DNA of 64,000 nt, taken from the IMG/VR virus record IMGVR_UViG_3300025598_000030, positions 1-64,000 of that record, one strand, 5' to 3'. Both the position numbers and the translations under genes were made by a program. The notes beneath the pieces are model-generated. The model made no database searches. It was not told the origin of the DNA and saw only the letters and a program-made list of their open reading frames with translations. The stretch's first letter is position 1, and each line of letters starts with the position of its first letter. Shown here piece after piece: positions 58,820-64,000 of this stretch. The DNA comes from a virus.

Positions 58820-61102
58820 ATGGCAAATGTAACCGGTTCTATTGGCGATCAACATGTTGTTTTAGAAAATGCAGCTACAGAAGCTACATTAAAGGCTTTA
58901 TTACAGGCCTTTTTAGCTAAAAATGCGGGAGATGCATCTACACTTAAAAAAATTGCCGAAAAAGTTAATCTTAATACTGAAGAAGTTGAAGAACAATTAG
59001 AAGATTTAGGTGAAGAAGCTGAAAAAACCGGTACTGAATTTAAACGAACTACCGAAGATATATCAAGATCACGCAAAGGTTTCATTAACGCTTTTGATAG
59101 TTACACAAAAGAGTTCACTGCAGGCACCGCAAAAGCTAGCCAATTATTCGAGGCATTCGGCACTCTTAACAATACATTCGGTGTATTAGCCACTGTATCT
59201 GCCAAACTGCTAGCTATTCAAGAGCAGTATCTAGTAACATACCAGCAGATTTCCGGAGCAGGTGCTAATTTTGCAGGTAGTTTGACAGATATGAAAATGG
59301 CTTCTGCTGAATCTTATCTATCTTTAGAACAATTCGGACGACTTGTAACAGAAAATTCTGGTTCTTTTGCTAGAATGGGTAATAGTGTTGATGGTGGTGT
59401 TAGAGCATTTACAAAATTATCTCACGAATTGATTAACGGTACGACAGGAAAAAGTTTATTAGGGCTAGGCTATACTACTGACGAATTAAATCAACAAATG
59501 GTCGACTATATAGCGAATACCGGCGGTAGAACTCGAGAAGAAATGGCTAATACTAAGGAAATTTCTAATTCAACTAAAGAATACCTAACAGAATTAGATG
59601 CTTTATCTACAATTACAGGTAAATCTAGAAAAGAACAAGAAGCAGCAGCTAAAGAAGCAGCAGCTAATCAAGCTGTACAAGCAAAACTGCAAACTATGAG
59701 CGTAGAAGAACGCAAGAAATATGAAATTGCTAGAGCTGAAGCATTTGCAAGAGGCGGAAAAGGTGCGGAAGAAGCATTGCAAAGCGCATTACTAGGCTTT
59801 CCGCCTATGACTAAAGCTGCACAAGAATATACCGCAGTAGCAGGTAACATGAATGATGTTACAATGGAACAGGCTAAAGCAATTACTGATAGTACAAAAA
59901 GCGTTAAAGATATGAAAAATGGCGCAGCAGCGTACAACGAAGCAGCCATTAAAGATAAAAAAAATCTAGGTACTGCAGGCGATGCTATGATAATGAGAGG
60001 CGGAACTATGGCAAGTACTGCTGCTTCGATATATCAAACCGCTAATAGAGCAGTAGCGCAAGGTGCTGAAACTACTGCTAAATCATTAAAACAAGTAACT
60101 GACGTTTCTGATGAACAAGCTAAACGAGCAGAATCACAAGCTGCAGATGCTGCAGAGTCGAGCAAAGCTATGCAAGACCTTGCTGCAAATCTTAATACTT
60201 TCTTAAATCCGATAATAAAATACGGAGCAGGTGCTATTAATGCATTAATAAGCGGGTTTAACAAGCTTCCTCATTGGCTTCAGTTAACTGTAGAAGGTTT
60301 AGCAGCAGCCTATTTGGCAATTAGAGGTTATAAAGCTATGGTCGGCGTAAAAAGTGTTGCCGGCGGCATAGCAAGTAACATGGCAAAAGGTGCTGGAGGA
60401 GGACCGGGCGGAGTATTAGGTGAGGTTGAAAAAGCAGGTCCGGGAACTGGCGGTGTTTTACAAAGTTTAGCAGGAGGACTTAAATCTTTTGCTAATCCGC
60501 AGATTTTACTAGGCGCTACAATTTTAGCTGGCTCAATCGCAATCATTATTACAGGAATCGGTGCTGGAATTGCAGCAGCTTCGTGGTTAATGGGCAAAGC
60601 TTTACCTACTTTAGCTGAAGGATTAAGCAAGTTTGCTAACATTAATGGCGATAATCTCAAGAAAACCGGCGCAGGATTAGGTGTTCTCGGCCTGGGACTA
60701 ATGGCATTTATACCATTCGGTATTGCAGGGATGCCTGCTGTACTAGCAGTAAACTTAATGGCCAATGGTTTAGAAAAGATGGCCGCCGTAGATCCTAGTA
60801 AATTAGAGCGTGTTGCCGGTGCTATGAAATCTATAAAAGATAATACTCCTGGTATAGGTGCTAGCATATCTGCAGGTATATTCGGCCTTGTTAGCAAGGT
60901 TACTGGCGGAGGATCAGCAACTGCTACACCTGCAACAGCTACCGCAGGTATTGATGTCTCACAGAATTCGCTCTACAATGCCGTAAAAGAGTTAAATAAC
61001 ACATCAAATGGTATGCTTGAAGTGTTAAATGAAATAGCAGGACACAGCAAACGCACCGGTGATGCAGTTAAACGACTGAATAACAACAATTGGGCCAATT
61101 AA
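58820..61102 (+). CDS. Tape-measure-like protein
   Basis: 760 aa, Ala-rich helical repeats, ELDALSTITGKSR, hydrophobic G/A-rich segments in C-terminal third. Confidence 0.65.
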   Translation: MANVTGSIGDQHVVLENAATEATLKALLQAFLAKNAGDASTLKKIAEKVNLNTEEVEEQLEDLGEEAEKTGTEFKRTTEDISRSRKGFINAFDSYTKEFTAGTAKASQLFEAFGTLNNTFGVLATVSAKLLAIQEQYLVTYQQISGAGANFAGSLTDMKMASAESYLSLEQFGRLVTENSGSFARMGNSVDGGVRAFTKLSHELINGTTGKSLLGLGYTTDELNQQMVDYIANTGGRTREEMANTKEISNSTKEYLTELDALSTITGKSRKEQEAAAKEAAANQAVQAKLQTMSVEERKKYEIARAEAFARGGKGAEEALQSALLGFPPMTKAAQEYTAVAGNMNDVTMEQAKAITDSTKSVKDMKNGAAAYNEAAIKDKKNLGTAGDAMIMRGGTMASTAASIYQTANRAVAQGAETTAKSLKQVTDVSDEQAKRAESQAADAAESSKAMQDLAANLNTFLNPIIKYGAGAINALISGFNKLPHWLQLTVEGLAAAYLAIRGYKAMVGVKSVAGGIASNMAKGAGGGPGGVLGEVEKAGPGTGGVLQSLAGGLKSFANPQILLGATILAGSIAIIITGIGAGIAAASWLMGKALPTLAEGLSKFANINGDNLKKTGAGLGVLGLGLMAFIPFGIAGMPAVLAVNLMANGLEKMAAVDPSKLERVAGAMKSIKDNTPGIGASISAGIFGLVSKVTGGGSATATPATATAGIDVSQNSLYNAVKELNNTSNGMLEVLNEIAGHSKRTGDAVKRLNNNNWAN

Positions 61103-61103
61103 T

Positions 61104-62840
61104 ATGACATGGAAACGCTTTTTTTCACCTGTATCTTCCGGGGCAATGAGCCCGTTAAGTCAAAGCGGCCGTGCAAATCCTACACGTACTAACTATTCAT
61201 CATATCTTCCGGATGTTTATAGCGGGCATCCTAACCGTTTAGAGCGTTATAGCCAGTATGATACTATGGATATGGATCCGGAAGTTAATGCTGCATTTGA
61301 CATTTTAGCTGAATTCTGCACTCAAATGAACGATGAAAATGGTACACCATTCCAAACATTCTTCAAAGAACAAGCTACTTCTACTGAAATTAAGATTATT
61401 AAGAAATACATGCAGCAATGGACTAAGTTAAACAAGTTCGGAACACGTATTTTTAAGATTATTCGCAATACTTTTAAGTATGGTGATTGCTTTTTCATTA
61501 GAGATCCTGAAACTTTAGCTTGGTTTTATATAGATCCTAGTAAGATTGATAAGATTATTGTTAACGAAAGTGAAGGTAAAGAACCCGAACAATATGTTAT
61601 TCGTGATATGAATATCAATTTTCAAAATTTAACAGTAACACAGATCAACCCAACTAATCAAAATAGTACTCCGGGCGGTACTGCTTATGTAACAGGCGGC
61701 GCACAACAACGAGGTATGGTCGGGGCATATCCTCAAGCTACCGGAAGTCGATTCACTCAAAACCAAAATCAATGGGCTATTGATGCTAAACATCTAATAC
61801 ATCTTAGCTTAAGTGAAGGATTAGATAATAATTTTCCATTTGGCAATAGTTTAATGGAAACAATTTTTAAAGTTTATAAGCAAAAAGAGTTATTAGAAGA
61901 CGCAATTATTATCTATCGCGTACAGCGTGCACCAGAACGTCGTGTATTTTATATCGACGTAGGTAATATGCCTAGTCATTTGGCTATGAGCTTTGTTGAA
62001 CGTGTTAAAAATGAAGTAAATCAACGTAGAATTCCTAGTGTATCAGGAGGCGGGCAGAGCATTATCGATGCTAGCTATAACCCTTTAAGCATTAACGAAG
62101 ACTATTTCTTCCCACAAACTGCTGAAGGACGTGGCAGCAAAGTAGAAACATTACCGGGCGGTACTAATTTAGGTGAAATTAGTGACTTGTTATTCTTTAC
62201 ACAGAAGTTAATGCGTGCATTACGCATACCTAGCAGTTACTTACCAACCGGCGCAGCCGATGATCAAACCCCGTTTAACGATGGGAGAGTCGGTACTGCA
62301 TATATTCAAGAGTTGCGTTTTAACAACTATTGCGAACGTTTACAGAGTTTGATTAACGAACAGTTTGATACTGAATTTAAATTCTATCTATATAGCAAAG
62401 GTATTAATATCGATCCTAACTTATTCGATGTTAAGTTTAATCCTCCGCAAAACTTTGCTGCACATCGTCAAGCAGAAATGGATCAAGCTAGAGTTAGTAC
62501 ATTTGGTAGTGTATCGGAGATTCCATATTTGAGTAAACGTTTTGCATTGAAACGTTTCTTAGGATTAACTGCAGAAGAAATTGCAGAAAACGAGCAGATG
62601 TGGAGAGAAGAAAACGTAGATACAGAAACTCCATTAAATGCACAAGGAGAAATGCGTTCAGCAGGTATTACTACTTCAGGATTAGGTAGCGATATGGCAA
62701 GTTTAGGACAAAGTGATGCAGGCACTGAAGAATTACAAAATATAGGTAGCGAAGCAGCTGGAGGGTCACCATTAGGAGGACAACCGGCTTCAGGCGGTGC
62801 TCCTCCTCCGCCATCCGGTGGTGCTGCTCCTCCGGCATAA
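61104..62840 (+). CDS. Portal protein (T4 gp20-like)
   Basis: EDAIIIYRVQRAPERRVFYIDVGNMP, EDYFFP, GRGSKVETLPGG.NLGEI.D, ALRIPSSYL, ELRF. Confidence 0.95.
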   Translation: MTWKRFFSPVSSGAMSPLSQSGRANPTRTNYSSYLPDVYSGHPNRLERYSQYDTMDMDPEVNAAFDILAEFCTQMNDENGTPFQTFFKEQATSTEIKIIKKYMQQWTKLNKFGTRIFKIIRNTFKYGDCFFIRDPETLAWFYIDPSKIDKIIVNESEGKEPEQYVIRDMNINFQNLTVTQINPTNQNSTPGGTAYVTGGAQQRGMVGAYPQATGSRFTQNQNQWAIDAKHLIHLSLSEGLDNNFPFGNSLMETIFKVYKQKELLEDAIIIYRVQRAPERRVFYIDVGNMPSHLAMSFVERVKNEVNQRRIPSVSGGGQSIIDASYNPLSINEDYFFPQTAEGRGSKVETLPGGTNLGEISDLLFFTQKLMRALRIPSSYLPTGAADDQTPFNDGRVGTAYIQELRFNNYCERLQSLINEQFDTEFKFYLYSKGINIDPNLFDVKFNPPQNFAAHRQAEMDQARVSTFGSVSEIPYLSKRFALKRFLGLTAEEIAENEQMWREENVDTETPLNAQGEMRSAGITTSGLGSDMASLGQSDAGTEELQNIGSEAAGGSPLGGQPASGGAPPPPSGGAAPPA

Positions 62841-62855
62841 TTGGTAAATAACAGT

Positions 62856-63101
62856 ATGTTATTGAAAGAGTTTATATATTTTAGTCAAGATGATGCAGAA
62901 ATGCGTAACAATGATCGTTACGACATCGGGCACGATTCTAGTGTACTTGATTTGAAAGATACCCGTAAAAGTCGTCTTACATTAAGCGCGTTGAATAGAT
63001 TAAGGAAAGCAGGCGATGCTCGTCAGCAAGAAAAAAGAGCCGAACTCGAATTAGTAAGGAAAATGTACGCAGCACCTAAACCAGAAGCTTCGCCTCTATA
63101 A
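62856..63101 (+). CDS. Small head-region protein
   Basis: MLLKEF...DTRKSRLTL..LNRLRK...MY; ATG 62856 five nt after TAAATA. Confidence 0.7.
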   Translation: MLLKEFIYFSQDDAEMRNNDRYDIGHDSSVLDLKDTRKSRLTLSALNRLRKAGDARQQEKRAELELVRKMYAAPKPEASPL

Positions 63102-63159
63102 ATCTACATTTTTCCAAAATAGACCGTTTTTGGCCTATTTCGCATAAGTATTCTACAAT

Positions 63160-63183
63160 GGCTGTAAATATTACTCGACAGCC
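63160..63183 (+). promoter_or_regulatory. Late promoter motif within short inverted repeat
   Basis: GGCTGT...ACAGCC enclosing TAAATA (63165-63170) upstream of SD AAGGAG. Confidence 0.5.
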
Positions 63184-63216
63184 TTGCCGATTTTTTATTA
63201 TTAAGGAGAACCCGCA

Positions 63217-64000
63217 ATGTCTAACAAATTTGAAAAATTACTAGACTATCTAGTAAATGAAGAAATGGACAAAGCCAATGAGCTTTTCCATGAAATTGTT
63301 GTTGAAAAATCAAGAACAATTTATGAAAATTTAATTTCTGAAGAAGCACGTGAAGAAGATGAAGAAGATGATGAATCTATGGAAGAAGCACGTGAAGAAG
63401 ATGAATCTATGGAAGAAGCACGTGAAGAAGATGAAGAAGATGAATCTATGGAAGAGTCATGGATGAGCGACGAAAGCGTCTATGAAATCGGCGGCGATCC
63501 TGCCGATGATCTTGAACATGATACTGTAGACCATGATGCACCGGGTACATTCGGTATGGGCGGTGAAGAAGATCATGACAGCTTCGGAGATGACGACATG
63601 GGCGGCGATCATGATATGATGGGCGACGACGACATGGGCGGCGATCATGATATGATGGGCGGCGATGACGAACCAGTTACAAAAGGTGATCTAGAAGCTA
63701 TCGAAGATAGTATTGTAGATAAAGTTGTTAGCGCTCTAAAAAATACCAAAGGAGCTGAAGTAGATTTCGGCGATGACGATATGGGCGATGACGATATGGG
63801 CGATGACTTCGGTGGAGAAGACGGAGAAGATGATTCATTCGACTTTGATGACGAAGATGACGAAGATGATGAAGAAGACGAAGAAGACGAAGAAGACGAA
63901 GGGGAAATGAACCTCGACGAAAGTTTTCTAAGAGAATATAGTCAAGTCGTACGTAGCGGCAAAGATTACACAGCCGGTAGTCCAGGCGAAGAAGGCTCTG
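63217..64000 (+). CDS. Very acidic prohead core/scaffold-like protein (3'-truncated)
   Basis: Not in ORF track; SD AAGGAG; MSNKFEKLLDYLVNEEMDKANELFHEIVVEKSRTIYENL followed by D/E-rich repeats; lies after portal like T4 gp67/68. Confidence 0.75.
   Translation, partial: MSNKFEKLLDYLVNEEMDKANELFHEIVVEKSRTIYENLISEEAREEDEEDDESMEEAREEDESMEEAREEDEEDESMEESWMSDESVYEIGGDPADDLEHDTVDHDAPGTFGMGGEEDHDSFGDDDMGGDHDMMGDDDMGGDHDMMGGDDEPVTKGDLEAIEDSIVDKVVSALKNTKGAEVDFGDDDMGDDDMGDDFGGEDGEDDSFDFDDEDDEDDEEDEEDEEDEGEMNLDESFLREYSQVVRSGKDYTAGSPGEEGS
63340..63665 (+). repeat. Coding tandem repeats in acidic protein
   Basis: GAAGAAGCACGTGAAGAAGATGAA x3 (EEAREEDE) and GACGACATGGGCGGCGATCATGATATGATGGGC x2 (DDMGGDHDMMG). 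Confidence 0.85.

Noticed and set aside
60328-60897. 189-aa minus-strand ORF and other short nested ORFs in the track
   Set aside because: Antisense or frame shadows of well-supported genes with biased codon usage
63340-63900. Non-coding repeat array or ORF 63457-63648 (-)
   Set aside because: Explained by D/E-rich codons of the plus-strand ORF starting at 63217
1-64000. Stop-codon reassignment
   Set aside because: Long ORFs are intact in the standard code and TAA, TAG and TGA all terminate plausible genes

Overview
A 64-kb segment of a large AT-rich, T4-related (myovirus-like, probably jumbo) dsDNA phage using the standard genetic code. Left arm (+ strand, 1-20040): family-B DNA polymerase, sliding clamp-like gene, then a 7-deazaguanine DNA-modification cluster (TGT/DpdA-like transglycosylase, QueD-like T-fold protein with LxxxHRHxF motif, GT-B glycosyltransferase, FolE, PRTase, HIT, QueE) interrupted by three homing-type endonucleases, followed by RNase H, a MoxR-vWA pair, DHFR and ThyA. 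Middle (- strand, 20037-50355): tail/baseplate block with four paralogous fibre-like proteins, a 4432-aa giant structural protein and gp6/gp25/gp5(GH19)/hub/gp53-like genes. Right arm: gp55-like late sigma, gp47/gp46, Hc1-like protein, a second glycosyltransferase, a GIY-YIG nuclease followed by a ~430-nt highly structured non-coding element, a gp26-like gene with a probable -1 frameshift extension, tape-measure-like gene, portal and an acidic prohead-core protein. Main leads: the candidate large structured ncRNA behind the GIY-YIG gene, the QueC-less deazaguanine/glycosyltransferase/PRTase cluster, the frameshift, and several RNA regulatory hairpins. All family calls come from motif recognition by eye; no searches were run.
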